A stretch of DNA of 64,000 nt, taken from NCBI GenBank assembly GCA_963804425.1, contig CAWDQF010000007.1, forward strand, positions 74,438-138,437. The letters are read 5' to 3'. Below are positions 1 through 9,755 of this stretch, piece after piece. A program made the position numbers and the translations under genes. Each line of letters opens with the position of its first letter. Position 1 is the first letter of the stretch. Source of the DNA: an uncultured Verrucomicrobiae bacterium (GTDB taxonomy: Bacteria > Verrucomicrobiota > Verrucomicrobiia > Chthoniobacterales > JAFAMB01). The notes under the pieces were generated by a model. It saw only the letters and a list, made by a program, of their open reading frames with translations. It ran no database searches and was not told where the DNA came from.

Positions 1-78
1 GGACACAAACTGGGAGAATTTTCTCCGACCCGCACATTTAAGAAGCACGGCGCCCACACCGCCAAGGTGGCGAAGTAA
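1..78 (+). CDS. rpsS: 30S ribosomal protein S19, 3' end (partial, runs off window start)
   Basis: Frame-1 translation GHKLGEFSPTRTFKKHGAHTAKVAK-stop matches the conserved S19 C-terminus. It lies directly upstream of rplV as in S10 operons. Confidence 0.8.
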   Translation, partial: GHKLGEFSPTRTFKKHGAHTAKVAK

Positions 79-95
79 GAAGGAGATCAGACAGA

Positions 96-680
96 ATGCA
101 GGTAACCTCAACTTATCGGTACGCTCGTATTTCGGCTTTCAAAGCACGCGAAGTGACTCGGGCGATTCAAGGCCGTTCTGCTTCAGATGCTTTGGATCTA
201 CTCGCTTTCAGTCCGAAAAAAGCAGCTCTCCTGGTAAAAAAAACCTTAAAGAGCGCGATTGCGAACGCCGAAAATAACGCTTCGCTCAAAGTCGATACGT
301 TGCTGGTTAAAGAGGCAGTGGTTGGCGAGGGGCCGACTTACAAGCGATTTCGTGCTCGGGCTAGAGGTAGCGCCAGTCCGCTGCGCAAGCGCACCAGCCA
401 TATTCGGATCATTCTCGCAGACGATCTCGGACCGGATGGGCAGAAAAAGCCGGCCCAAGATCTGGACGAAGTCGGTTCAGTCGAATCGGGGACAGACGTT
501 ACAGATGCGACCAAGGCCCAGACTCGTTCGCAAAAATCGTCGGGTGGTCGCACAAGGAGCAAGGGAGGGCCCAGAGCTCAGGTGAAGAAGAAAACCTCGG
601 AAAAGCCAGGCGCTAAGGCGCATCAGAAAGTTTCAGCAGAGAAGAAGGCGGAGAAAAAACCGTCGAAGAAGAAAGATTGA
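96..680 (+). CDS. rplV: 50S ribosomal protein L22 with long basic C-terminal tail
   Basis: [36 protein letters not shown]... is the L22 core, and the order is S19-L22-S3. Residues ~111-194 are K/S/G/A-rich. Confidence 0.95.
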   Translation: MQVTSTYRYARISAFKAREVTRAIQGRSASDALDLLAFSPKKAALLVKKTLKSAIANAENNASLKVDTLLVKEAVVGEGPTYKRFRARARGSASPLRKRTSHIRIILADDLGPDGQKKPAQDLDEVGSVESGTDVTDATKAQTRSQKSSGGRTRSKGGPRAQVKKKTSEKPGAKAHQKVSAEKKAEKKPSKKKD

Positions 681-685
681 ATTTT

Positions 686-1372
686 ATGGGACAAAAAGTT
701 AACCCCATCGGTTTCCGCCTGGCGCTGAATAAGGACTGGCGATCCCGCTGGTACGCTTCGACCAAGGAATTTCCCGAGTTTCTCCACACCGATTTGCGGG
801 TCCGCCGATTTGTGAAGCAGAAGCTCGCTTTAGCGGCAGTTTCGAAGGTTTTGATCGAGCGCGCGTGGAATAGCATTCGCGTCACTATTTACACGGCTCG
901 TCCTGGGATAGTGATTGGCCGCCGCGGCGCGGAGATCGAACGCATGACTGAAGAGATCACTCGGATGTCTGGCGGGAAACAGGTCAAGATTGACATCCAA
1001 GAGATCAAAACGCCGGAGCTCGATGCACAGTTGGTTGCCGAAAATGTGGCGCTCCAGATCGAACGCCGCATTTCGTTTCGGCGGGCAATGAAAAAGGCGG
1101 TGCAAACGACGAAAGACTTTGGCGCGCTAGGCATAAAGATTCGTTGCTCCGGCCGCCTGGGAGGCGGTGAGATTTCGCGGGCTGAGTGGTATCGCGACGG
1201 CAAAATCCCCCTGCACACTTTGCGTACACCGATCGATTACGGATTTGCTGAAGCGCACACCGTGTATGGCAAAATCGGGGTGAAATGTTGGATCTGTAAG
1301 GTAGAAACGGCGGCTGATCGCGACCAGAAAAAAGAAGCGAAGCCGGAGGCCGGTAGTTCTGAGGGCGCCTAG
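686..1372 (+). CDS. rpsC: 30S ribosomal protein S3
   Basis: Conserved N-terminus [12 protein letters not shown] with KH and S3-C regions. I use ATG 686 instead of the ORF-track TTG 677. Confidence 0.95.
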   Translation: MGQKVNPIGFRLALNKDWRSRWYASTKEFPEFLHTDLRVRRFVKQKLALAAVSKVLIERAWNSIRVTIYTARPGIVIGRRGAEIERMTEEITRMSGGKQVKIDIQEIKTPELDAQLVAENVALQIERRISFRRAMKKAVQTTKDFGALGIKIRCSGRLGGGEISRAEWYRDGKIPLHTLRTPIDYGFAEAHTVYGKIGVKCWICKVETAADRDQKKEAKPEAGSSEGA

Positions 1373-1392
1373 AGTTTAGATCAGGATTTCTT

Positions 1393-1818
1393 ATGCCTTT
1401 AATGCCGAAAAGAGTGAAGTATCGCAAGACCCAACGCGGAAGCCGCGCGGGCAGTGCTTCTCGGAACGTGTCGATTGCCTTTGGCGAATATGCGCTCCAA
1501 ACCCTAGAGCGCGCCTGGATTACGAATATTCAAATCGAGGCGGCGCGGGTTGCGTTGACCCGCAACATGAAGAGAAAAGGGAAACTTTGGATTAAGATTT
1601 TTCCGGATAAATCGGTGACGGCTCGCCCGCCAGAAACTCGAATGGGTAAAGGGAAGGGAAATCCGGAATATTGGGTGGCGACGGTGCGCCCGGGAAACGT
1701 GATTTTCGAGCTCGACGGAGTACCTGAAAGCGTGGCGCGAGAGTCTCTGCGCTTAGCTGCCACGAAGTTGCCGGTCCGGACCCGATTTATAGCCCGACAG
1801 CACGCGATCGCGGCATAA
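1393..1818 (+). CDS. rplP: 50S ribosomal protein L16
   Basis: [16 protein letters not shown]... is the L16 signature, in the expected operon position. Confidence 0.95.
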   Translation: MPLMPKRVKYRKTQRGSRAGSASRNVSIAFGEYALQTLERAWITNIQIEAARVALTRNMKRKGKLWIKIFPDKSVTARPPETRMGKGKGNPEYWVATVRPGNVIFELDGVPESVARESLRLAATKLPVRTRFIARQHAIAA

Positions 1819-1838
1819 CGGTTAGACCGGAGATCGAA

Positions 1839-2039
1839 ATGAAAATAAAAGAACTTCGTGAATTAAGTAATGATGAGCTGGTCTCTCGCCGGCGAGAATT
1901 GCGTCGAGAGAACTTCAATCTCCGGCTCCAACAACAGAGCGGGAGCATCGAAAAACCGAGCGTACTGCGAGCACATCGTCGCGAAGTAGCACGCATCGAA
2001 ACCATTTTGAGCGAGCGAGTGCAAAAGACGGCTATATGA
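1839..2039 (+). CDS. rpmC: 50S ribosomal protein L29
   Basis: [31 protein letters not shown] is typical of L29, in the expected position. Confidence 0.9.
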   Translation: MKIKELRELSNDELVSRRRELRRENFNLRLQQQSGSIEKPSVLRAHRREVARIETILSERVQKTAI

Positions 2040-2070
2040 GCCGCACCGGTTCGCTGAGGAGAATAGTAAA

Positions 2071-2391
2071 ATGAATCAAGAGACTGTGCATGCTGAAGGT
2101 ACTGCCACGGCGCCTGCTTTGCAGACGCAGCAGTCTGAGCTTCCGAAGCGGCATCTTCGGAAAACGCGGGTCGGCCAAGTCGTATCCAACAAAATGGATA
2201 AGACTATTGTCGTCGCCGTTATCCGGCGGGTACCGCACCCTAAGTTTGGGAAGATCGTCAAGCGAACCAAAAAACTCTATGCTCACGACGCCACCAATCA
2301 GTGCGCGATCGGTGACTTGGTGCGAGTGGAAGAGACGAAACCGTTGAGCCGTTTGAAGCGGTGGCAATTGGTCGAGGTGCTCAAACATTAG
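2071..2391 (+). CDS. rpsQ: 30S ribosomal protein S17 (about 25 aa N-terminal extension)
   Basis: Core [18 protein letters not shown]...[29 protein letters not shown], located between L29 and L14. Confidence 0.9.
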   Translation: MNQETVHAEGTATAPALQTQQSELPKRHLRKTRVGQVVSNKMDKTIVVAVIRRVPHPKFGKIVKRTKKLYAHDATNQCAIGDLVRVEETKPLSRLKRWQLVEVLKH

Positions 2392-2402
2392 AGGGCGACG
2401 CT

Positions 2403-2768
2403 ATGATTCAACTTCGATCAAGGCTGGATGTTGCCGATAACACCGGCGCCCGGATGGCCACCATGATAGGCGTGATCGGTAAGGCGTCTTTATACGCGTC
2501 GATAGGTGACGTGATTACCTGCAACGTGAAAGAGGCTTCGGCCAACGGCACGGTAAAGAAAGGTGATGTGGTTCGCGCCGTAATAGTGCGGACCAAACAA
2601 CCCGTAAAACGAGACGACGGTTCTTATCTTCGCTTCGACAACAACGCGATCGTGATCATCGACAAGGATCGGAATCCGCGCGGCACCCGCATTTTTGGGC
2701 CGGTTGCTCGAGAATTGCGGGAAAAAAACTTCATGAAAATTATTTCGCTTGCTCCGGAGGTTCTATGA
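2403..2768 (+). CDS. rplN: 50S ribosomal protein L14
   Basis: [16 protein letters not shown]... is the canonical L14 N-terminus. Start moved from ORF-track 2361 to ATG 2403. Confidence 0.95.
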   Translation: MIQLRSRLDVADNTGARMATMIGVIGKASLYASIGDVITCNVKEASANGTVKKGDVVRAVIVRTKQPVKRDDGSYLRFDNNAIVIIDKDRNPRGTRIFGPVARELREKNFMKIISLAPEVL

Positions 2769-3037
2769 GCCGGTTGAAATTTCATGTGAAAAAGGGAGAG
2801 GATGTCGAGGTCATCTCCGGCAATCATCGAGGTGCGACCGGAAAAATCCTTCAAGTTCTACCCAAGAAACGACAGGTGTTGATCGAAGGGGTTCGCATTA
2901 TCAAGAAAACTGTCCGAAAATCTCAAGACCATCCAAACGGCGCTTTGATCAATCGGGAAGGGCCGATCCATATCTCGAACGTTAAGATCGTGGAGAAAAG
3001 ACCGGCTAAACGCTCCAAGAAGGCCAAAGGGGAGTAA
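2765..3037 (+). CDS. rplX: 50S ribosomal protein L24
   Basis: KOW-like [20 protein letters not shown], with an ATGA start/stop overlap with rplN. Confidence 0.9.
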   Translation: MSRLKFHVKKGEDVEVISGNHRGATGKILQVLPKKRQVLIEGVRIIKKTVRKSQDHPNGALINREGPIHISNVKIVEKRPAKRSKKAKGE

Positions 3038-3040
3038 ACG

Positions 3041-3613
3041 ATGGAAGTCGAATTGTATAAAGAGTACAAAGAGCGGGTCGTGCCGGCTTTGCGCGAAAGA
3101 CTCGGTTACAAGAATTTGTATCAGGTTCCTCGGGTCGAGAAGGTAGTCATCAACACCTGTATCTCGACGCAGTCGAGTGACGCGAAACAAGGGCTAGAGG
3201 ACGCAAAGGCCGAACTCGCTTTGATCACCGGTCAAAAGCCGGCGGAAACGCGCTCCAAAAAGAGTATTTCGAACTTTAAGCTCCGCAAGGACCAGCCGAT
3301 CGGCGCAAAGGTTACGCTGCGAGGAGCGCACATGTACGAGTTCTTACAGAGGTTGATCAAAATGTCCCTTCCGCGCATTCGCGATTTCCGTGGCATTTCG
3401 CCGCGAGCCTTTGATGGTCGGGGGAACTATACCCTGGGAGTGTCTGATCAATCAATCTTCCCAGAGGTAGAACTCGACAAGATTAAGCGTAACATCGGTT
3501 TTGACATCACCATTGTCACGACCGCAAAAACGAACGAGGAAGCGAAAGCACTTCTGACTGAATTGGGAGTTCCTTTCAGCGACCGCAAACTAGTATCGCA
3601 ACAGAAAGATTAG
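3041..3613 (+). CDS. rplE: 50S ribosomal protein L5
   Basis: YKNLYQVPRVEKVVIN...GAHMYEFLQRLI... shows L5 family features, in the expected position. Confidence 0.95.
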   Translation: MEVELYKEYKERVVPALRERLGYKNLYQVPRVEKVVINTCISTQSSDAKQGLEDAKAELALITGQKPAETRSKKSISNFKLRKDQPIGAKVTLRGAHMYEFLQRLIKMSLPRIRDFRGISPRAFDGRGNYTLGVSDQSIFPEVELDKIKRNIGFDITIVTTAKTNEEAKALLTELGVPFSDRKLVSQQKD

Positions 3614-3623
3614 AAATTCGCAA

Positions 3624-4022
3624 ATGAGTACTTTATCCGATCCAATCGCGGATTTTCTGACGCGGCTTCGCAACGCTTCCCGTTCGCACCGATCCGACGT
3701 AACGGCTCCTTACTCCCGGATGAAGGAGCAGATTGCGCGGATCCTCAAACAGGAAGGCTATATCACCGATTTCGAGGTTGATCATACCGCGACACCCGCT
3801 TTGCTCAAATTGACGATGAAGTTTGTCCATCGGACCCCGGCGTTAACCGGAGTCAAACGGGTAAGTCGTCCTGGTCTGCGCAAATACGTCGGCTCGAAAG
3901 AGGTGCCGCGAGTTTTGGGCGGAATGGGTGTCGCGATTATCTCGTCGTCCCGTGGGCTATTGACCGGACGCGAGGCAAAACGGGAAAATGTCGGCGGTGA
4001 ATTGCTGGCCGTGATTTGGTAG
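3624..4022 (+). CDS. rpsH: 30S ribosomal protein S8
   Basis: MSTLSDPIADFLTRLRNA is the S8 N-terminus. It follows rplE after only 10 nt, so there is no S14 gene. Confidence 0.95.
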   Translation: MSTLSDPIADFLTRLRNASRSHRSDVTAPYSRMKEQIARILKQEGYITDFEVDHTATPALLKLTMKFVHRTPALTGVKRVSRPGLRKYVGSKEVPRVLGGMGVAIISSSRGLLTGREAKRENVGGELLAVIW

Positions 4023-4032
4023 GGAGATCACA

Positions 4033-4572
4033 ATGTCACGAATTGGTAAAAAGAGCGTACTACTTCCCGAGAAGGTGAAACTGGGTATTTCCCAGTCCGG
4101 CTCCGTCACTGTGGAAGGCCCGAAAGGAAAGCTCGAATGGACCTTGCCTAAGCAGATCAAACTGCGGGTCGAAGGGAAAGAAGTCAGGCTTGAGCGCTCT
4201 GAAGAAGCGCGTAGCGTTCGGGCGCTCCACGGGCTTTCTCGAAGCTTGGTTCAGAACATGGTAACCGGGGTCAGTCAAGGTTATCAGAAAGAATTGGAAA
4301 TTCACGGGGTGGGGTTCCGCGCCCAACTACAGGGTAAGAATCTGAACCTGAACTTGGGTTATTCCCATCCGGTGGTATTCAATATACCGGATGGCATAAA
4401 GATTACGGTGCAGGAGAATACCAAACTTTTAATTGAGGGAATCGATAAGCAGAAGGTCGGGCAAGTTGCCGCTGACATCCGAGCTTACTATCCGCCGGAG
4501 CCCTACAAAGGGAAGGGTATTCGCTATATTGGCGAACAAATTCTGCGTAAAGAAGGAAAGACGGTTCAATAA
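4033..4572 (+). CDS. rplF: 50S ribosomal protein L6
   Basis: MSRIGKKSVLLPEKVKL..., with two L6 repeats, in the expected position. Confidence 0.95.
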   Translation: MSRIGKKSVLLPEKVKLGISQSGSVTVEGPKGKLEWTLPKQIKLRVEGKEVRLERSEEARSVRALHGLSRSLVQNMVTGVSQGYQKELEIHGVGFRAQLQGKNLNLNLGYSHPVVFNIPDGIKITVQENTKLLIEGIDKQKVGQVAADIRAYYPPEPYKGKGIRYIGEQILRKEGKTVQ

Positions 4573-4590
4573 GGAACGGAGCGCGATATC

Positions 4591-4947
4591 ATGGCGACCA
4601 TTAACCGAATTAAAATGAGGCACCGCCGCATTCGTAAGCGGTTGTTCGGAACCAGCGAACGGCCTCGCTTAAGCGTCCACTTTTCCGGACAACACATTTA
4701 CGCGCAGATCATCGATGATGCTGCCGGCAAAACTGTGGCGGCTGCGTCGACCGTTGAAGAAGGAATTCGCGCAGAGCGGCGCGGATATGCAAACGTCTCC
4801 ATGGCAGAGAAGATCGGCCTATTGGTGGCCGAGCGAAGCTTACAAAAAAACGTCAAAGCGGTCGTCTTTGATCGAGGTGGATTTACTTATCACGGCAAGG
4901 TCAAAGCCTTAGCCGATGCGGCACGATCGGCCGGGTTGGAATTCTAA
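4591..4947 (+). CDS. rplR: 50S ribosomal protein L18
   Basis: RKRLFGTSERPRLSVHFSGQHIYAQIIDD is the L18 signature. Confidence 0.93.
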   Translation: MATINRIKMRHRRIRKRLFGTSERPRLSVHFSGQHIYAQIIDDAAGKTVAAASTVEEGIRAERRGYANVSMAEKIGLLVAERSLQKNVKAVVFDRGGFTYHGKVKALADAARSAGLEF

Positions 4948-4950
4948 TTT

Positions 4951-5475
4951 ATGGCATACGAAGTGAGAAATCGCCGCAGCGACAGTTCGGAGCGTAATCA
5001 GCCGAAAAGCGATACCACCGAGAAGGTGGTCTTCATCAATCGCTGTGCGAAAGTTGTTAAAGGTGGTCGCCGTTTCAGTTTCAGTGCACTCATTGTAGCT
5101 GGCGATCACAAAGGTCGGGTCGGGTATGGCTTTGGCAAGGCAAACGAGGTTTCGGAAGCGATCCGTAAGGCTTCGGAAGCCGCTCGCAAGGGGATGGTGC
5201 CCGTGGCAATTCACGAAAATACGATCCCGCATGAAGTGATCGGTGAGTTTGGCGGCGGACGCGTCTTGTTGCGACCGGCTTCGCCTGGAACTGGTTTGAT
5301 TGCGGGGGGCGGTGTTCGGGCTGTGGTGGAAGCCGCCGGCATTCGGGACGTGTTGGCCAAGTCGCTGGGTTCGAGCAATCACGCTAATGTCGTGAAGGCG
5401 ACCATGGAAGCGTTGTTGGCGTTGCGGCGACGTCAGGATATTTTGAAGCTCCGCGGGAAGGATGGTTCTCACTAG
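4951..5475 (+). CDS. rpsE: 30S ribosomal protein S5
   Basis: [29 protein letters not shown] is the S5 dsRBD signature. Confidence 0.95.
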   Translation: MAYEVRNRRSDSSERNQPKSDTTEKVVFINRCAKVVKGGRRFSFSALIVAGDHKGRVGYGFGKANEVSEAIRKASEAARKGMVPVAIHENTIPHEVIGEFGGGRVLLRPASPGTGLIAGGGVRAVVEAAGIRDVLAKSLGSSNHANVVKATMEALLALRRRQDILKLRGKDGSH

Positions 5476-5523
5476 TTGAGGCTCCGAGAGCCATCAACGG
5501 TTTCCAATTTTGAAAATCGTTTT

Positions 5524-5970
5524 ATGCGACTACATAATTTAAAGCCTCGGCCCGGGTCGAAACATCGCGTGAAGCGCCTGGGATGCGGCGAAAGTTCCGG
5601 CCATGGAAAAACTAGTGGCAAAGGTCATAAGGGACAGAAAGCGCGATCTGGAGGTAGCATTCGACTCGGTTTTGAGGGGGGACAGATGCCCTTGATCCGG
5701 CGCCTACCGAAGCGCGGCTTTAATAATGCCGCCTTCAAAGTGCAATACGCGGTCGTGAACCTGGACGAGCTGGAAGCTTTTGCCGCCGAATCCGAAATTA
5801 ACGAGCAGTCATTGCGGGAAAAGGGGTTGATCAGTGGGAATTTTGATGGGGTGAAAATACTCGGCCGCGGAGCACTAACCAAGAAACTGACAATCGAGGC
5901 CGACAAGTTTAGCGAATCTGCGCGCCAGAAAATTGAACAAGCTGGGGGTTCGATTGTAGTACGTGCTTAA
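5524..5970 (+). CDS. rplO: 50S ribosomal protein L15
   Basis: [38 protein letters not shown]. Start moved to ATG 5524. There is no room for L30 between rpsE and rplO. Confidence 0.9.
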   Translation: MRLHNLKPRPGSKHRVKRLGCGESSGHGKTSGKGHKGQKARSGGSIRLGFEGGQMPLIRRLPKRGFNNAAFKVQYAVVNLDELEAFAAESEINEQSLREKGLISGNFDGVKILGRGALTKKLTIEADKFSESARQKIEQAGGSIVVRA

Positions 5971-5982
5971 ACGGCCGTTCAG

Positions 5983-7488
5983 ATGATCTCCGCTTTTTTC
6001 AACATCTTTAAGATTCCCGAGCTACGCCAACGGATCATTTTCACGTTGGTCATGCTCATTGTCGTGAGAGCTGGGGCTGCGATCACGATCCCTGGCGTCA
6101 ATGCCCACGTGCTGAATGATTGGTTTCACAGCCAGACGACGAATCCGACTGCCGGCGGAATTGCGGCATTAGCAAACATCTTTGCCGGTGGCGCGTTGGA
6201 ACACTGCGCCATTTTCTCGCTTGGAATCATGCCTTACATCAGCGCATCGATTATGATGCAGCTGCTAACCGCGGTGATTCCGCGCTTGAACAAAATGGCG
6301 CGAGAAGAAACTGGTGGGCGACAGAAGATTACCCAGTACACCCGCTACGTTACTCTGGGTCTCTGTATTTTTCAGGGATTCCTCTTGGCGGTTTCGATGG
6401 AGAACCCGACGTCGAATCCCTTTCTCCAAGGGATCGGCACTTCGATTGCCAAGTTTGGTCCATTGGTGCCGGACAGCGGCCTGGGATTTCAGATCATCGC
6501 AGTAATTACTTTGAGTGCCGGGACGATGTTCCTGATGTGGATCGGTGACCAAATCACCGAACGCGGAATCGGGAACGGAACATCCATGATCATTACGGTC
6601 GGCATCATGGGGAGTGTGCCAGGAGCAATTGTCCAGGTTTGGAATACGTTCGTTCCACCGTCGGGTGCCCCGAGCCAAGTGAGCCCGATTGCGCTCGTCT
6701 TGATGGTGCTTTTCCTGGTCATCGTCATTGCCGGGGTTATCGCTATCTCGCAGGGACAGCGGCGGATCAGTATTCAATATGCCAAGCGAGTGGTTGGGCG
6801 GAAAGTATACGGCGGTCAAACACAATACCTCCCGCTGAAGGTCAACGCTGTCGGCGTGATGCCCATCATTTTTGCTCAAGCGATTCTCCTCTTTCCTTCA
6901 ACGATTCTCAGCATGGCCTTCCGGAACTCCGAGTGGGCCAACACTTTGGCGGTTTCGCTGGCGCAGGGGCCGGTGCACTATCTAGTCACGGCGCTCTTGA
7001 TTTTCTTTTTCAGCTTCTTCTGGGTGGCGATTCAATTTCAACCGACGCAGATCGCGGACGATCTCAAAAAGAATAATGGTTACATTCCAGGATTTCGACC
7101 GGGGAAGCCGACTGCAGATTTCCTCGAATACACGCTATCCCGGGTCACTTTCGCTGGAGCACTTTTTTTGACCCTGATCGCAGTGATCCCAGAATTATTG
7201 ATGACTTGGTTCGGCGTTCCTCGCCTTACCGCCCGGTTCTTTGGCGGAACGAGTCTCTTAATCATCGTGGGGGTGATTCTAGACACCATGAGGCAAGTGG
7301 AAACTCACCTCATCCAACGGCACTATGATGGATTCTTGCGCAAAGGTAAGATTCGAGGGCGCTTTGAAAGGGCTGGCGGCGGTCACGGGAACGCCGTACG
7401 CGAAGGAGCTTTGCTCTGGATGTGCGTAGGGGCTGCCGCCTTAGCGGTGGCGGGAGTCGCGATTTCGATCTTCGTGACACAGCGTTAG
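5983..7488 (+). CDS. secY: Preprotein translocase subunit SecY (41-aa C-terminal extension with hydrophobic segment)
   Basis: Polytopic protein with SLGIMPYISASIMMQLL and GTSLLIIVGV motifs, located between rplO and adk. Confidence 0.95.
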   Translation: MISAFFNIFKIPELRQRIIFTLVMLIVVRAGAAITIPGVNAHVLNDWFHSQTTNPTAGGIAALANIFAGGALEHCAIFSLGIMPYISASIMMQLLTAVIPRLNKMAREETGGRQKITQYTRYVTLGLCIFQGFLLAVSMENPTSNPFLQGIGTSIAKFGPLVPDSGLGFQIIAVITLSAGTMFLMWIGDQITERGIGNGTSMIITVGIMGSVPGAIVQVWNTFVPPSGAPSQVSPIALVLMVLFLVIVIAGVIAISQGQRRISIQYAKRVVGRKVYGGQTQYLPLKVNAVGVMPIIFAQAILLFPSTILSMAFRNSEWANTLAVSLAQGPVHYLVTALLIFFFSFFWVAIQFQPTQIADDLKKNNGYIPGFRPGKPTADFLEYTLSRVTFAGALFLTLIAVIPELLMTWFGVPRLTARFFGGTSLLIIVGVILDTMRQVETHLIQRHYDGFLRKGKIRGRFERAGGGHGNAVREGALLWMCVGAAALAVAGVAISIFVTQR

Positions 7489-7497
7489 CGCCCGAGG

Positions 7498-8142
7498 GTG
7501 AAAAGGAGAATTGTGCTTCTAGGTCCGCCCGCCTCCGGAAAGGGAACCCAATCTGAATTAATTCAGAGAAAATACCATATCCCGGCGACCTCCACCGGAG
7601 CGATCCTCCGACGAGAAGCGAAGCTGAAAACGCCCGTGGGTCATGAAGCCGATCGCATCATCAGCAAGGGTGCGCTCGCGCCGGACGAATTAGTTCTCAG
7701 GCTGGTCGGCCAGTGGCTCGATCAGAATCAACAAACCTTCTTATTTGACGGTTTTCCGCGAACCGTTCCGCAGGCTGTAGCGTTCGAGCAGCAGCTTGCG
7801 ACCCGGCAGATTCCGCTGGACGTGGCCATTTTTCTGGAGGTCTCTGAGGCGACCATCGCTTTCCGAATGGCGCATCGATTGACCTGTTCGCAGTGCGGTA
7901 AAGTCGTGAGCTTGGGACGCCACGTGCAGAGCGCGACGGAACGCTGTCCAAACTGCGGAGGAAAGCTCGAGATCCGCTCCGATGACAATCGTTCGGCTTT
8001 GGCCTTGCGTCTCGAGGAGTTCAGAAAAAAGAGCTTGCCGTTGATCGATTTCTATTCGGAACGAGGCTTGTTAGCAATGGTTGACGCCGATCGGGAAGTC
8101 GACACCGTGTTTGAACAAATCAGCCGAGTGATAGAGGGATGA
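7498..8142 (+). CDS. adk: Adenylate kinase (Cys4 zinc LID type)
   Basis: P-loop LLGPPASGKGTQ, and a LID with CSQCG...CPNCGG. GTG start. Confidence 0.92.
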   Translation: MKRRIVLLGPPASGKGTQSELIQRKYHIPATSTGAILRREAKLKTPVGHEADRIISKGALAPDELVLRLVGQWLDQNQQTFLFDGFPRTVPQAVAFEQQLATRQIPLDVAIFLEVSEATIAFRMAHRLTCSQCGKVVSLGRHVQSATERCPNCGGKLEIRSDDNRSALALRLEEFRKKSLPLIDFYSERGLLAMVDADREVDTVFEQISRVIEG

Positions 8143-8915
8143 TTCCGATCAAAACGGGTTCAGAGATAGAGAAAATGCGGGCGGCCTGCCGTTTGGCCAG
8201 TCGTATCCTGGAGGAGGTCTCGTCGCTGCTCACACCGGGAGTAACCACCCGGGAAATCGATCAGGCCGCCGGAAAACTGATGGCGGATGCCGGTTGTCGC
8301 AGCGCATTTCTCGGCTACAAGAAGTTCCCGGGCCAGATCTGTATTTCACTCAACGACGAGGTAGTACACGGAATCGGCGGGTCCCGGCGAGTCCAGTATG
8401 GGGATATTGTTAAGCTGGACATTGGCGTCATCCTCGACGGCTTTGTCGGCGATACGGCAGCGACCGTCCCGGTTGGAATCATCCACGGAGATGTTCAGCG
8501 ACTGTTGGAGGTGGCGGAGAATGCACTCTATCTCGGCATCGAAAAAGCCCGAGATGGTCGGCGGTTGAGCGAAGTATGTGCAGCAATCCAAGACGAAGTG
8601 GAAAACCACGGGTTTAGTGTCGTTCGTGAATTTGTGGGCCATGGCGTTGGTCGACGCCTCCACGAAGAGCCGCAAATTCCGAATTACCGAACTTCGGGGG
8701 TCAACCCGAAATTGCGTGCCGGAATGACTTTGGCCATCGAACCGATGGTAAACCTTGGCAACGCAGCGGTGAGATTGCTGCAAGATGATTGGACGGTAGT
8801 CACCGCCGATCACTCTCCGTCTGCGCATTTCGAACACACCGTACTAGTGACGAAAGGGGAACCTGAAATTCTGACATGGCGCGAAAAGACGTCATCGAAG
8901 CTGAAGGCAAGATAG
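8139..8915 (+). CDS. map: Methionine aminopeptidase, type I
   Basis: [23 protein letters not shown], with the D/D/H/E/E metal-site context. ATGA overlap with adk. Confidence 0.93.
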   Translation: MIPIKTGSEIEKMRAACRLASRILEEVSSLLTPGVTTREIDQAAGKLMADAGCRSAFLGYKKFPGQICISLNDEVVHGIGGSRRVQYGDIVKLDIGVILDGFVGDTAATVPVGIIHGDVQRLLEVAENALYLGIEKARDGRRLSEVCAAIQDEVENHGFSVVREFVGHGVGRRLHEEPQIPNYRTSGVNPKLRAGMTLAIEPMVNLGNAAVRLLQDDWTVVTADHSPSAHFEHTVLVTKGEPEILTWREKTSSKLKAR

Positions 8916-9094
8916 TGGAACTGCTGCCTAACACGATGTTTCGTGTACAGCTGCCGAATGGCCATAAGATATTGGCTCATATCTCCGGAAAAATGCGGTT
9001 GCACTTCATTAGGATCTTGCCAGGAGACAAAGTTATGGTAGAGATGTCACCTTACGACCTGACGAAAGGCCGGATAACCTTCCGGGCAAGGTAA
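8876..9094 (+). CDS. infA: Translation initiation factor IF-1
   Basis: [41 protein letters not shown]...ITFRAR is colinear with IF-1 over its full length. Confidence 0.95.
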   Translation: MARKDVIEAEGKIVELLPNTMFRVQLPNGHKILAHISGKMRLHFIRILPGDKVMVEMSPYDLTKGRITFRAR

Positions 9095-9110
9095 GGTTGT
9101 TGGATAGAAA

Positions 9111-9149
9111 ACGCTCCCGGAAGGGTTGCTCTTCGGGGTGCGTTTTTTT
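9111..9149 (+). terminator. Probable intrinsic terminator after infA
   Basis: ACGCTCCCGGAAG / CTTCGGGGTGCGT forms a 13-position stem (11 pairs, 2 mismatches) around a 7-nt loop, followed by T7. Confidence 0.6.
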
Positions 9150-9156
9150 GTCCCCC

Positions 9157-9181
9157 GGTAGGGCGAGGCTCCTACCGAGCC
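9157..9181. repeat. REP-like short intergenic motif, copy 1 (GGTAGGGCGAGGCTCCTACCGAGCC)
   Basis: Related copies lie at 26833-26858 and, in reverse orientation, at 35409-35432. All three are intergenic. This copy contains a GGTAGG/CCTACC hairpin. Confidence 0.4.
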
Positions 9182-9193
9182 GAATCTGAAGCG

Positions 9194-9307
9194 ATGAAAG
9201 TGAGACCATCAGTGAAGCGGCTTTGTGAGAGCTGCAGAGTGATCAAACGCAAAAACGTTGTGCGTGTGGTTTGTAAAAATCCGCGTCATAAACAACGCCA
9301 GGGTTGA
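9194..9307 (+). CDS. rpmJ: 50S ribosomal protein L36 (zinc-binding type)
   Basis: Absent from the ORF track because it is under 60 aa. My translation is [37 protein letters not shown]-stop, with the C-x2-C...C-x4-H pattern. Confidence 0.9.
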   Translation: MKVRPSVKRLCESCRVIKRKNVVRVVCKNPRHKQRQG

Positions 9308-9344
9308 TCCGTGGTTATCAAACGGAGCGAGATAAAAGAATTTT

Positions 9345-9740
9345 ATGCCACGGCTACTCGGAGTTGAAATTCCTGGAGAAAAGCGGATCGAAGCATCTTT
9401 GCCCTACATTTACGGCATTGGCGCCAGGACCGCGAAAAAGATCTTAGAACAGGCTAACGTTGATCCGAACGTTCGCGCGAAAAGCCTGACACCGGAGCAG
9501 TTGGGTGAGATCGTGCACGCGATCAACGCTAGCGGGCTGCTCATCGAAGGTGATCTCCGGCGGGAAATCCAAGGAAACCTGAAGCGACTGCAGGCGATTC
9601 GTTGCTATCGAGGCATCAGACATATTCGGGGACTTCCGGTCCGCGGTCAGCGAACTTCGACAAACGCGCGCACGCGAAAGGGCCCGCGCAAGACCGTAGG
9701 TGTCCAGCGGAATAAGGACGCCAAAGCCGGGAAAGTGTAA
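9345..9740 (+). CDS. rpsM: 30S ribosomal protein S13
   Basis: [26 protein letters not shown] is the S13 N-terminus. Confidence 0.95.
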   Translation: MPRLLGVEIPGEKRIEASLPYIYGIGARTAKKILEQANVDPNVRAKSLTPEQLGEIVHAINASGLLIEGDLRREIQGNLKRLQAIRCYRGIRHIRGLPVRGQRTSTNARTRKGPRKTVGVQRNKDAKAGKV

Positions 9741-9755
9741 GAAAGCATTTAGAAC

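Noticed and set aside
4909-5472. 187-aa ORF antisense to rpsE. Similar long antisense ORFs lie at 6265-6879 (secY), 9444-9992 (rpsM/rpsK) and 12987-13601 (XylR-like gene).
   Set aside because: Each lies fully opposite a strongly conserved gene and has R/S/P/G-rich composition typical of antisense frames in GC-moderate DNA. None has a recognisable motif.
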